DNA of 32,000 bases from Candidatus Harpocratesius repetitus (GTDB lineage Archaea > Asgardarchaeota > Lokiarchaeia > Sigyniarchaeales > Promethearchaeaceae), in assembly GCA_021498095.1 (NCBI GenBank), contig JAIZWK010000001.1, positions 2,400,001 to 2,432,000 of the forward strand, read 5' to 3'. The stretch's first letter is position 1, and each line of letters opens with the position of its first letter. Both the position numbers and the translations under genes were made by a program. The notes below the pieces were generated by a model. It did no database searches. It worked only from the letters and a program-made list of their open reading frames with translations, and was not told the DNA's origin. This document shows, piece by piece, positions 17,477 to 26,544 of this stretch.

Positions 17477-18937
17477 CTATTCTCGATTTTTAAGATGGGG
17501 TGTTGTTTTATCGAAATAGATGGAATTTGATGGCACATTTTCATGTATTATTGTATTACTTCCAACATGAGCATAAGAGCCGATGGTTTTTCCAGGCATA
17601 ATACTGACTTGAATACCTAGCTGTGCATGATCTCCAACAACAGTGCCTAATTTACGGCGCCCAGTATTAACCCGTTTACCCTTTATTTCCATCATAATAT
17701 TTTGTTTATCTAATCGTAAATTGGCAGTAATTGAACCACAACCAAAGTTCACATGTTCTCCAATGATACTATCTCCGATATACGAGAGATGTGGAATTGC
17801 TGAATGATTCATAATTATAGATCCTTTAATTTCGGAACCGTTTCCAACTTTACAATAGTCTCCCAAAACTGTATATGGGCGAAGGTATGCATTTGGTCCA
17901 ATAACACAGTTCTTTCCAATTACAATAGGGCCTTCTAAATAGCTACCTGATTTTATTATCGAATTTTCACCTAATACTACCGTACCGTGTATAGTGACGA
18001 AATTTTCAACGTTTCCACCGTTATTTATTAAACGAGGAGAGGGCAGGGTTGTTTTTGTTGTGGGTTCGCCTGGAAGTTTGTTAAGAAGATACTTAGTTGC
18101 TTCTAAAAGTTGCCATGGATGTCCTACATCACTCCAAAATGAATCAGAAATATTAAAAACATGGAAAATATCACCTTCATTAATTCGGACGGTAATGGCA
18201 TCTGTTAATTCATATTCTCCTCGAGAGGATTTTGGTATTTGTCTTAAAGCATCGAAAATTGTGGATGAAAAAATATACACTCCAGCATTTGCAAGGTTCC
18301 CATATCGATCATCAGGTGGTTTTTCAATAAGTTTTTGCAAAATACTTCTTGAATCAACTTGTAAAATACCCCATTTAGTAGGATCTGGCATTGATTTGGC
18401 AGAAATCACTCCGTCATATTTTTCTGAGATGTAGTCTAATTGAATTTGTTGATATATACGTGGATCCATGAATAAATCACCGTAAATCAACATAAATGGT
18501 TTGTTGTCAGCAAATGATTCGGCTAATTGAGTTGCATGGCCTGTTCCTAGAAATTCCTTTTGGTCAAGATAAGAAATTTGAAGACCAAGTTTAGATTCTC
18601 CGTTTCCATAAAAATTCTGAATTTGTTCCTTTTTATATCCCACGATAAGTAATATTTCTTTAATTCCAATATTTTTAAGGGCTTCAAGTGTGTGAGAAAG
18701 TAAGGGTTTTCCACCAATGGCAATAAGTGGTTTGGGGCGTGTTTCTGTAAGTGGTGCTAAACGTTTTCCGAAGCCTGCTGCCAAGATTACAGCTTTAGAA
18801 ACAACTTTACGTGATTTTTGTAATGGTTGAGAATTTTGGTTAGATTGAGAATGCTGGTTGGATTGAGAATGCTGGTTGGATTGAGAATATCGGTTGGATT
18901 GAGAATTTTGGTTTGACTGATTCGATTTTTGTGTCAT
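17477..18937 (-). CDS. glmU: Bifunctional sugar-1-phosphate nucleotidyltransferase/acetyltransferase (archaeal GlmU-like)
   Basis: KAVILAAGFGKRLAPLTETRPKPL, LGTGHA, YGD, EKP, DVGHPWQLL, hexapeptide left-handed beta-helix repeats, NFGCGSITANLR. Confidence 0.85.
   Translation of the reverse strand: MTQKSNQSNQNSQSNRYSQSNQHSQSNQHSQSNQNSQPLQKSRKVVSKAVILAAGFGKRLAPLTETRPKPLIAIGGKPLLSHTLEALKNIGIKEILLIVGYKKEQIQNFYGNGESKLGLQISYLDQKEFLGTGHATQLAESFADNKPFMLIYGDLFMDPRIYQQIQLDYISEKYDGVISAKSMPDPTKWGILQVDSRSILQKLIEKPPDDRYGNLANAGVYIFSSTIFDALRQIPKSSRGEYELTDAITVRINEGDIFHVFNISDSFWSDVGHPWQLLEATKYLLNKLPGEPTTKTTLPSPRLINNGGNVENFVTIHGTVVLGENSIIKSGSYLEGPIVIGKNCVIGPNAYLRPYTVLGDYCKVGNGSEIKGSIIMNHSAIPHLSYIGDSIIGEHVNFGCGSITANLRLDKQNIMMEIKGKRVNTGRRKLGTVVGDHAQLGIQVSIMPGKTIGSYAHVGSNTIIHENVPSNSIYFDKTTPHLKNRE
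18825..18914 (-). repeat. 18-bp coding tandem repeat x5 (SNQNSQ/SNRYSQ/SNQHSQ) at the GlmU N-terminus
   Basis: + strand unit GATTGAGAATGCTGGTTG-like at 18825, 18843, 18861, 18879, 18897. Confidence 0.92.
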
Positions 18938-18995
18938 TTTTTTACCCTATTTAATATTGTCATGTTAAATATTGATTAGTGATGATAAGTTTGAT

Positions 18996-20075
18996 TTATT
19001 CTTCGTTATCTTTTTCTGATGTTTTTTTCGCACGATCATGCACAAGTTCTGCATTTTCTTCCAAGATTTTTCTTTTTTCTTCTTCCAAACGCTTCAATTC
19101 CAATTCTTGTTTTACGCGTTCAAGTTCTTTTCGCTTTTCAATTATTTCCTTCTCTTTTTCCAATCTTTCCTTTTCTTGTCGGAGGCGCTCTTCTTCAATC
19201 TTTCGCTGTTCTTCTTCTAACTTTAACTTTTCCAATTCGAGTTTTTTTTCATCTTCTTCTAGTTTTTCTTTTAAGGCTTTAGATTGAGCTTCTAACTCTC
19301 TGCGTTCCAACTCTTCTTGTTCTAGCGTTTTAATATCAACAATTTCCTTTAGAACTTCATCTGCAGCAATCTTTGCTTCTTCAACACTAGCACGTTTTAA
19401 TACACCATCTGCATCTTTTTTCAAGACCCTATCTGCAGCAGTAATTAAGAGTTGTTCTTCAGGAGAAATATCTTCATCAGTTTTCTTTTCAGCTAAGAGT
19501 TGTTCTGCCGTTTTCACAATTTCAGTATTACTAGCGCGGATTTCAGATTCGTCTTTTAATAATTTCAAAAATTTTAAAATCCGGGCTTCAATTTCATTTC
19601 GATCGGATTTTCCAACTGTTTGAAGCACTTGAATCGCATTCTTACGAACAAATTCTTCTGGATCTGAAAGACATGATATTATTAAATCATAGAAAGGAAT
19701 CATGGAAGAAGGATCAGTATCTGCGACATATTTAAGCAGTCGTAACATGCCTTCCCGTTTTTTAGGAGAACCATAGCGAATATAATCTTCAACATAGGGA
19801 AAAATTAATTTTTTATGGGCTTCAACAAATTTTTTTAAAGATATGATTATGGAATAGCGAATAACATCATCATCAAAATTAAGGATTCCAAGCAGGGATG
19901 GCATAATTTTTTCTACAACTTCTTCGGCTGTATCAGTTATGATATTTAAGCTGGGAACGAGATCTTCAATAAACTTCTGATCCCGTTTATCCAAATTAGT
20001 TTTTATTAATTGAACTGCTGCATTATAATCCTTTTTATCTATAAAATTGAAGATTTTTTCCATTGTGTTTTCCAT
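18996..20075 (-). CDS. HEAT/ARM-like repeat protein with C-terminal E/K/R-rich coiled coil
   Basis: LNFDDDVIRYSII, LSDPEEFVRKNAIQVLQTVG are HEAT-like; last ~110 aa are almost all E/K/R/L. Confidence 0.7.
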   Translation of the reverse strand: MENTMEKIFNFIDKKDYNAAVQLIKTNLDKRDQKFIEDLVPSLNIITDTAEEVVEKIMPSLLGILNFDDDVIRYSIIISLKKFVEAHKKLIFPYVEDYIRYGSPKKREGMLRLLKYVADTDPSSMIPFYDLIISCLSDPEEFVRKNAIQVLQTVGKSDRNEIEARILKFLKLLKDESEIRASNTEIVKTAEQLLAEKKTDEDISPEEQLLITAADRVLKKDADGVLKRASVEEAKIAADEVLKEIVDIKTLEQEELERRELEAQSKALKEKLEEDEKKLELEKLKLEEEQRKIEEERLRQEKERLEKEKEIIEKRKELERVKQELELKRLEEEKRKILEENAELVHDRAKKTSEKDNEE

Positions 20076-20117
20076 AATGATTCATTCCCATAGTTGTTTT
20101 AATTTTTGCATTTATTT

Positions 20118-20161
20118 ATTGATATTTGATTGATATCTAATTGATATTTGATTGATATGAA
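20118..20161. repeat. 11-bp intergenic tandem repeat ATTGATATTTG-like x4
   Basis: ATTGATATTTG ATTGATATCTA ATTGATATTTG ATTGATATGAA. Confidence 0.88.
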
Positions 20162-20251
20162 TGATTAAGATCTATTTCAAAGATGTTAATGTTCTTACGA
20201 TTTTTATTCATGCAATTTACATGATTAAGATTAATAATATTTTGATTTATT

Positions 20252-21244
20252 TTATTGATGTTTCTTAAATTTCGAATTATCTTGACGTAGAGCGCTGAAT
20301 TTTTTCAGTAATTCTCGAATTTTGTTATAAGTTAACGCATGAAGTTGATTTTGGTTTAAAAAATGATTAAGATTTTGATATTTTAAGGATAAAGTCAAAT
20401 TATCCTGTGAATCTTCTGCTAATTCAATTTCAAAATAATTTTCTTGTAAAAATTCAAAAAATTTTATGAAGAATTGAGTTTCTTCGGAAATATTATCTGA
20501 ATGCACTTGATTAAATGGTATTTTTATAATTAAGTTAATTTGATGTTCTCCACTAACAATTGAAACTCCTTCAAGATCCATTTCTGCACAATATGTATGG
20601 AAAACTAGATCTATTATGCTTAAATCTTTTATTATATCTTCTTTTGCATTTACAATTGTTAGATCAGTGGTAAAATCAGATATAAATATAGCTCCTTCAA
20701 ACCAAGTTATAATATGAGGTCCAACTATGTCGTAAAGAAAGGTTCCTTCTCGAATGACTTTATCTTTATGGATAATCCTATCAAAAATCTCTCGATCACC
20801 ATAACGAAAATCTAAATTTACTGCAGGGATCTTACTATTTTGGATTAATTCATGAAGTTTTTTAATATCCGTTTTATAGTATTTGATTATGTTCTTATAC
20901 ATGCGGGGAAACATTATATCAAGAAAATCTTTATTGTAAATGAGTTCGTCTTGTGGTGTGTAGAGCGTTGTGTTCTTATTCAAATAACGTCGTATGTTAT
21001 TCACCGCTTGAGAGTAGCAAAACTGGGGAAGATCTTCATATCCTGCTCCTGCCTGCAATCGAACCTTTAATAAGATCCGTTTAGGGCATTGAGGAGAGAG
21101 TACGCATATCATACGGTCATCTTCACAAGCTAAACAATATTCCCGCAATTCTTTAAATAAAAGTTGATTTAGCTGCATCATGGCTTCTGGAGGCACAATA
21201 TCTGTAGAAATATAATTAACTAAATCTTGGACATTAAAAACCAT
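20252..21244 (-). CDS. Hypothetical protein (330 aa) with N-terminal Cys cluster
   Basis: Long ORF with protein-like composition; YCLACEDDRMICVLSPQCP and FCYS; no family recognised. Confidence 0.75.
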   Translation of the reverse strand: MVFNVQDLVNYISTDIVPPEAMMQLNQLLFKELREYCLACEDDRMICVLSPQCPKRILLKVRLQAGAGYEDLPQFCYSQAVNNIRRYLNKNTTLYTPQDELIYNKDFLDIMFPRMYKNIIKYYKTDIKKLHELIQNSKIPAVNLDFRYGDREIFDRIIHKDKVIREGTFLYDIVGPHIITWFEGAIFISDFTTDLTIVNAKEDIIKDLSIIDLVFHTYCAEMDLEGVSIVSGEHQINLIIKIPFNQVHSDNISEETQFFIKFFEFLQENYFEIELAEDSQDNLTLSLKYQNLNHFLNQNQLHALTYNKIRELLKKFSALRQDNSKFKKHQ

Positions 21245-21298
21245 GGTGCTAATTTAACCCAAGAACTGCTTTCCAAAAAAGTTTACGCTGAAAAATAA

Positions 21299-22630
21299 TT
21301 ATGTTGCTTTTGGAGTTACTTTTTTGGCAACAATATAACCAATAACACCAAATACTACAAATAAAGCTGCAATCTGCCATAAAATGTTTATTCCAGAATT
21401 ATCAAGACCAGAAAGATACTCATTTATTTCTGAACAATCATATATTATTAACTCTGAAATATCTGGTTTTTGATCACTTTGATCTGTTTGATCTGTTTGA
21501 TCATTTTGGTCCGTTTGATAACTTTGATTTAATACGAATAAAGTTGTCTTAACTAATCTCATTTGTCCAAAGTTTCCTTGATCTTCAGTTACATCAACAT
21601 AATTAGGATAACCATAGATTGGAATTTGCAATAAACATAAACCTGCTGAGTTAAAGCCCCCAAATAAAAAACTATTATTAAGTAAAATATGTTCCATTGG
21701 AATTGTATCTGTTAAAATATCAATCACTTCAATATGAGAAATGTTTTTTAAGTAAATAGAAAGTAACCCAGCATTCTCTGCAGCCAAATAAACAATATCA
21801 TTATCTAAATCGACAGCTAAGTCTTTTCCATTTATTTCGCTATTAATTAAGCTGGAGTTTGAGTCATTAATTTGATCAACAAGAACACTTCTATTAACAG
21901 GTATATTCAAATTGGAGAAATCAACAATCCGTAATCCAATACTATCTTCAGCTAAAAATAAATAAGGTTGGCTGAATTGCATAGAGTTAAATTTATCACA
22001 ATAAATTCTTCCAATATTTTCAATATTATATAGATTGGAAATGTCAAAATAATAAATTGATTTTTGAAATTGTGCAAAAAGAAGATTGTTTGATACAATT
22101 AAATGAGAACTGCTAATGTTTAATGTTATTGCATTCGTAAGTTCATAATTTATCGGATCTGTAACGTTGAAAACTGAAATTCCTTGATTTTCAAGGGAGA
22201 TAAATAGAAAGTTACCGTTTTCATTAAGCGTCAAAGCAAGTATTGATGAATTCGTATTAATTGATGATAATTCAACAGGATTCAAAGAATCAGATATATT
22301 AAATATTCTAATTTGCTTATTCTCAGTGGCAATGAATAAATATGAATCCGAAATTTCAAAAGCAGTAATTGATGAGGAAAATTGCAAAGAATTGGAACGA
22401 TGGAATATTGCAGAAGAGTCTCCTGCTGCTTTTACTTGGATAACTCGATTATAAGATTGATTTTCAGATAGATTTTCAGATAGATTTTTAGATAGATTTT
22501 TAGATAGATTTTTAGATAAATTTTGAGATTGAATCTGAGAAATAATGAAGAATAAAAGTATAAGATATATCACTAAGTTTTTTTTTCGCTTGTTTTTATT
22601 CAGAAAAATCTTCCTATTGATGATATTCAT
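21299..22630 (-). CDS. Membrane-anchored LVIVD-repeat (beta-propeller) surface protein
   Basis: N-terminal hydrophobic segment; repeats IRIFNISDSLNP, ISVFNVTDPIN, LRIVDFSNLNIP; C-terminal TM (ILWQIAALFVVFGVIGYIVA). Confidence 0.75.
   Translation of the reverse strand: MNIINRKIFLNKNKRKKNLVIYLILLFFIISQIQSQNLSKNLSKNLSKNLSENLSENQSYNRVIQVKAAGDSSAIFHRSNSLQFSSSITAFEISDSYLFIATENKQIRIFNISDSLNPVELSSINTNSSILALTLNENGNFLFISLENQGISVFNVTDPINYELTNAITLNISSSHLIVSNNLLFAQFQKSIYYFDISNLYNIENIGRIYCDKFNSMQFSQPYLFLAEDSIGLRIVDFSNLNIPVNRSVLVDQINDSNSSLINSEINGKDLAVDLDNDIVYLAAENAGLLSIYLKNISHIEVIDILTDTIPMEHILLNNSFLFGGFNSAGLCLLQIPIYGYPNYVDVTEDQGNFGQMRLVKTTLFVLNQSYQTDQNDQTDQTDQSDQKPDISELIIYDCSEINEYLSGLDNSGINILWQIAALFVVFGVIGYIVAKKVTPKAT
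21471..21524 (-). repeat. 9-bp coding repeat x6 (QSYQTDQNDQTDQTDQSDQ)
   Basis: + strand TGATCTGTT-like units starting at 21471. Confidence 0.8.
22460..22519 (-). repeat. 12-bp coding repeat x5 (NLSK/NLSE)
   Basis: + strand ATTTT(C/T)AGATAG units at 22460, 22472, 22484, 22496, 22508. Confidence 0.92.
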
Positions 22631-22687
22631 AGCAAAGCATATTAATGAAGCAGAATAAAAAAAATAATTGGAAAATGAAGTGAAATT

Positions 22688-23713
22688 TCACCATCGATTT
22701 ACAGCATGTTCTGCATGTCCAAATAAGCGATCTTCTTTAGAAATATGAAGAATTTCTCCATTATCCAACACCAAATCTCCTGAAAAATAACCGTATGCTT
22801 TTAAAACCTTCATTCGTAAAACAAGAAAATTGGTATCTTCAACCATGACAAATGTGGGATGGAGTCGCATTTTTACTCGATCGTCATTACTTTCAAAAAT
22901 CCAATCATCTTCTACATTGGCATGGTTCCAATGATAAGTTACTTCATCTAAATGATGTCCCTTGTGATTAAAGAAAATCATATTTTTACTGGATTCTGTT
23001 CCAAATCCATAATCAAAATTGATACCTAATAAGTTTCCTTTCCATAATCCTGAAGCTGATGCCCAATACCATGATGTTTTATAAGGAAACACTGCTCTAG
23101 TCCAATCTATACATCCAAAACTCGGGTTTTCTTCAGAAAACTGATATTCTTTTTCACCTACTTTAAAAGAACCAAAAGCCTGCATACAATTTGCTTTTTG
23201 TGCATAAACAAAGTGTTTTGGGTTTTTAAATGGAATAACATTTATCAGTGAGTCCATACCTTTTGGGTGAAGTAGCTTTATTTCACCACTGAAGCCTTTT
23301 CCTCCAAGATAATCAGGAAAATTAAATTTAAAAAGACGGTGATCGTCTTTCTTCAAACATTCCCAAGATGCATTCTTTATGGAGTATCGAATATCACCAG
23401 AATTGCTCGATGGTGGTAAATTCAATTTTCCCTTGGTGAACCATTCTGATTCACTTGCTTCTGAGGTTTCATGACGTTTGAAATCTAAAAATTGAGCTTT
23501 AATGGTTCCTTGATATCCAACATCAAAAATAACCAAAATTAAACCAAATTCATCATTACGAATTTCATAAAAATCCCATTCCTTAATTCGGAGAGGATTT
23601 GCACGAACTTTAGAGCGGTCGTATTGTAATATAAGATCTCGCGCCCAACCTGATTGAATCAAATGTCCATTACTATCATGTAAAGGCCCTGGTTTTCTAA
23701 TTTCTGATTGCAT
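22688..23713 (-). CDS. DUF2804-family protein
   Basis: QSGWAR...RIKEWDFY...DVGY...DWTRAVFPYKTSWYWAS...GINFDYGFG pattern recalled for this family. Confidence 0.75.
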   Translation of the reverse strand: MQSEIRKPGPLHDSNGHLIQSGWARDLILQYDRSKVRANPLRIKEWDFYEIRNDEFGLILVIFDVGYQGTIKAQFLDFKRHETSEASESEWFTKGKLNLPPSSNSGDIRYSIKNASWECLKKDDHRLFKFNFPDYLGGKGFSGEIKLLHPKGMDSLINVIPFKNPKHFVYAQKANCMQAFGSFKVGEKEYQFSEENPSFGCIDWTRAVFPYKTSWYWASASGLWKGNLLGINFDYGFGTESSKNMIFFNHKGHHLDEVTYHWNHANVEDDWIFESNDDRVKMRLHPTFVMVEDTNFLVLRMKVLKAYGYFSGDLVLDNGEILHISKEDRLFGHAEHAVNRW

Positions 23714-23781
23714 ATTTATAGTTAGTTAATGAAGTAAAAAATATTTTGATGCGATAAAAGGAAATCACTATTTTATAATTA

Positions 23782-25728
23782 TTACTGTGAATTAAAAAAA
23801 AGCAATTTATTTGGTTCATCTTTTAATAATTCTAAGTTTTGATAATATTCTCCTTTATCAGCAAAATAAAGTAAATTATTTTCCACAATATTATTAAAGA
23901 AATGAGTTCCCAGCGAAATATCAGGAATCAAATGATCATGCATTTCTGCAATTTCTCCAATTATGCTAATTTTATTTATTTCTTCGTATGTAATAGGAAC
24001 ACCCAAATTAGGCGAACTCGTCCCCCATCTGCCTGGACCAATCAGCATGATGTTTTGCGAATGAGAACAATAATTAAGATTTATATTTCCAATAATACGA
24101 GCAATTAGATATTTTTCTTGAATACTTAATTCTGAATAATCATGAGGGGATATATAGATTAATCGATCTACAAATACTTTTCGACTTGTACCAATTACTG
24201 GCCCTTTAAACTTTATTACTATGTAGGATTGCTCTATATTTTCGGGAGTTTTGATTCCCTTCGTTTCTTGAGTAACTTGGAATGGACGACATTGAAGTAA
24301 ATGAATTGTATATTCTTCAAAAGATCGAAAATTAATTGTAAATTCAATATCTACTGGAAAAGAGTAAGCTTTTTGTAATTCAGATAAAATATCACCGAGA
24401 TCTTGAAGAACCTTTGAGTTATTTAAAATAGGTGTTAAGGTTAGAATAGAAGTAAACGAATGTTTCAAACCCAGCTGTTGAGCTCGCCGCTCAGCACCCG
24501 GATCAGCAGTAACAAATAAATTAATGGGAATATCAAGATTCATGTGAAAAAATCGATGATAAGGTATTGATTCTAATTTGTTAGTTTTTAGATTAAGAAC
24601 ATCGATATAATATTGAGAATATTTTCTAATTTCAGATAAATCTTTTGAAATGCGTAGGTTTGGTGCATTTAAAGCTACTAAGCAGGTATAATCATCTCCT
24701 GTACGATCTACTGCTCGAGTGCCTAATCCGAAAACTAATCTCAAGAAGCCTGAATTTGGGTCTATTTTTTCATCCCAAACAAAGGGATTATAAGAAAATC
24801 CAACTCCTGCAATGTGAGGAAGAAAATATTGACCATAATCAATGCCTGATACTCTTTGCACTAATAGAGCCATTTCTTCATCTTTTACTAATAAATTACG
24901 ATCTTGGCGATATAACAAAGCTTCTCGGGAAACAGCACTTGCATATATCCGTTTTATTGCTGAAATAAAATTTTCTAAACGCTGTTCAGGTGTACCTTGA
25001 TTGGGACAGAAAATCGTTTCATATTTTCCAGAAAATGAATTTCCGAATGCATCTTCTTGTAAACTACTGGATCGAACAACAATTGGTGATTGACCGAAAT
25101 AATTCAGCATTTCTCGGAATTGTCGAATTATATAGCGTTCAAATTTGCCATTTAAGATTTTTCTTTGGATGTCTTGCAATCCTTGTAAAAATGTATCTTT
25201 ATTTGTTAAGCGCTTTCGATCTTCCCAACAATCGTTCAAAATCAAGAATGTATAGAAAAAATGTGAGCCAATGAAAAATGAATCATGCTGTTCAAGTCTT
25301 TCTTTCATCTCTGGCTTATTTTTTCTAATTATTGCTCTTGCAATTAAGAAACCTGATGCTTTTCCCCCAATTTGACCCGTTCCTATCATTCTTTTTCCGA
25401 TTTTGATTAAATTTCTTAACGATAAATAGTTAACTGCCAAAATTCGCATTCTATCATCATCGGGTAAAACCTTGCGAATTAGTTTATTTTTTAACAATTC
25501 TATCTTTATTTTAATTTCATTTTCTTGTTCTTGGATATATTCTATACCTTGTTGTAGATTTTGTTGTTGTTCTTGTTGTAGATTTTGTTGTTGTTCTTGC
25601 TGTAGATTTTGTTCTGTTTTCAGTTCTGCATTTTTTTCTAGATTTTGTTCTTCAAATTGATAATTCGATTCTTTAAGTTTTTCCATCAAATCTTGGGCTT
25701 TTTTAAAATCGACGAACCATGAATCCAT
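23782..25728 (-). CDS. PEP/pyruvate-binding (PEP synthase/PPDK N-terminal-like, ATP-grasp) protein; C-terminal part of an ORF interrupted by TAG at 25843-25845
   Basis: IGGKASG, IVVRSSSLQEDAFGNSFSGKYET, MALLVQRV, VDIEF, LLQCRP; in frame with 25843-26436 across one TAG. Confidence 0.8.
   Translation of the reverse strand: MDSWFVDFKKAQDLMEKLKESNYQFEEQNLEKNAELKTEQNLQQEQQQNLQQEQQQNLQQGIEYIQEQENEIKIKIELLKNKLIRKVLPDDDRMRILAVNYLSLRNLIKIGKRMIGTGQIGGKASGFLIARAIIRKNKPEMKERLEQHDSFFIGSHFFYTFLILNDCWEDRKRLTNKDTFLQGLQDIQRKILNGKFERYIIRQFREMLNYFGQSPIVVRSSSLQEDAFGNSFSGKYETIFCPNQGTPEQRLENFISAIKRIYASAVSREALLYRQDRNLLVKDEEMALLVQRVSGIDYGQYFLPHIAGVGFSYNPFVWDEKIDPNSGFLRLVFGLGTRAVDRTGDDYTCLVALNAPNLRISKDLSEIRKYSQYYIDVLNLKTNKLESIPYHRFFHMNLDIPINLFVTADPGAERRAQQLGLKHSFTSILTLTPILNNSKVLQDLGDILSELQKAYSFPVDIEFTINFRSFEEYTIHLLQCRPFQVTQETKGIKTPENIEQSYIVIKFKGPVIGTSRKVFVDRLIYISPHDYSELSIQEKYLIARIIGNINLNYCSHSQNIMLIGPGRWGTSSPNLGVPITYEEINKISIIGEIAEMHDHLIPDISLGTHFFNNIVENNLLYFADKGEYYQNLELLKDEPNKLLFFNSQ
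25548..25614 (-). repeat. 24-bp coding repeat x2.8 (QNLQQEQQ)
   Basis: + strand CTTGTTGTAGATTTTGTTGTTGTT at 25548 and 25572, partial at 25596. Confidence 0.9.
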
Positions 25729-25842
25729 TCTTCTAACTGTAAAATTTAATTCTGGAAGAGGTGTCTTCTTGATTATTCTGGTTATTGTCCCACTTTCCCG
25801 AACAGGCGTAAGTTTTCCTTCTAAACCTTCTGATCGATCCCA

Positions 25843-26436
25843 CTAATGAAGCATGTGGATACTTGAAGAATGTCTATTTTCGACTTTCTCAGGATAAATA
25901 TAATAATTGATTGTATTTATATGAGGATAAACATTAATAACAATTTGTGCCGTGTTTTGAATATTTCTTAATGAATGGGATAAATTTTGATTCTGTAAAA
26001 GAGAAAAATAGGCTAATGCTTTCATTTTATGCAAATAGGGACAAATTAATAGAAAGAAATTTGCAACCATTACATCACTATACCAATCAACTATGAGATC
26101 ATTTAGTAAGTCAAAAATATAATAGACATAAGGGCCTTGTTGTTCTATAATTTGAATAATTTGAGCAACAAAGTCTTCAAAACCTTCAGCAGGGTTCAAG
26201 AAAATGGTCGTTGCGGCATATTCATCTTTTATTACTTTTTTCTGATTCCCAAATCGGAAATAAACCAAATTACACCTAGATTTATTAGCAAAACGAGCAA
26301 AATATTCGACAAATGGAATATAATCATCAATTGAAGAAATTTGCCAAACGAAATTATCGCCTGGTTTTATCCCTTGTAAAAGAGAATCCAGTTCTTCTAA
26401 TCCTGTACTAATTTTTTTTTCATCCATACCCCTCAA
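25843..26436 (-). CDS. KaiC/RecA-like N-terminal domain of the same PEP-synthase-like protein, ending at an in-frame TAG
   Basis: ISTGLEELDSLLQGIKPGDNFVW; after TAG the frame continues WDRSEGLEGKLTPVRESGTITRII...RRMDSWF into ORF 23782-25728. Confidence 0.75.
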   Translation of the reverse strand: MRGMDEKKISTGLEELDSLLQGIKPGDNFVWQISSIDDYIPFVEYFARFANKSRCNLVYFRFGNQKKVIKDEYAATTIFLNPAEGFEDFVAQIIQIIEQQGPYVYYIFDLLNDLIVDWYSDVMVANFFLLICPYLHKMKALAYFSLLQNQNLSHSLRNIQNTAQIVINVYPHINTINYYIYPEKVENRHSSSIHMLH

Positions 26437-26544
26437 TCACCATATCAACATTTCATGTAAAAAGATTTCTCAAACAAATGGGGTTTTCTTAATATTTTGA
26501 TTCAATCACCTAATGGGTGAAATTTATATGAAATTCATCCGATT

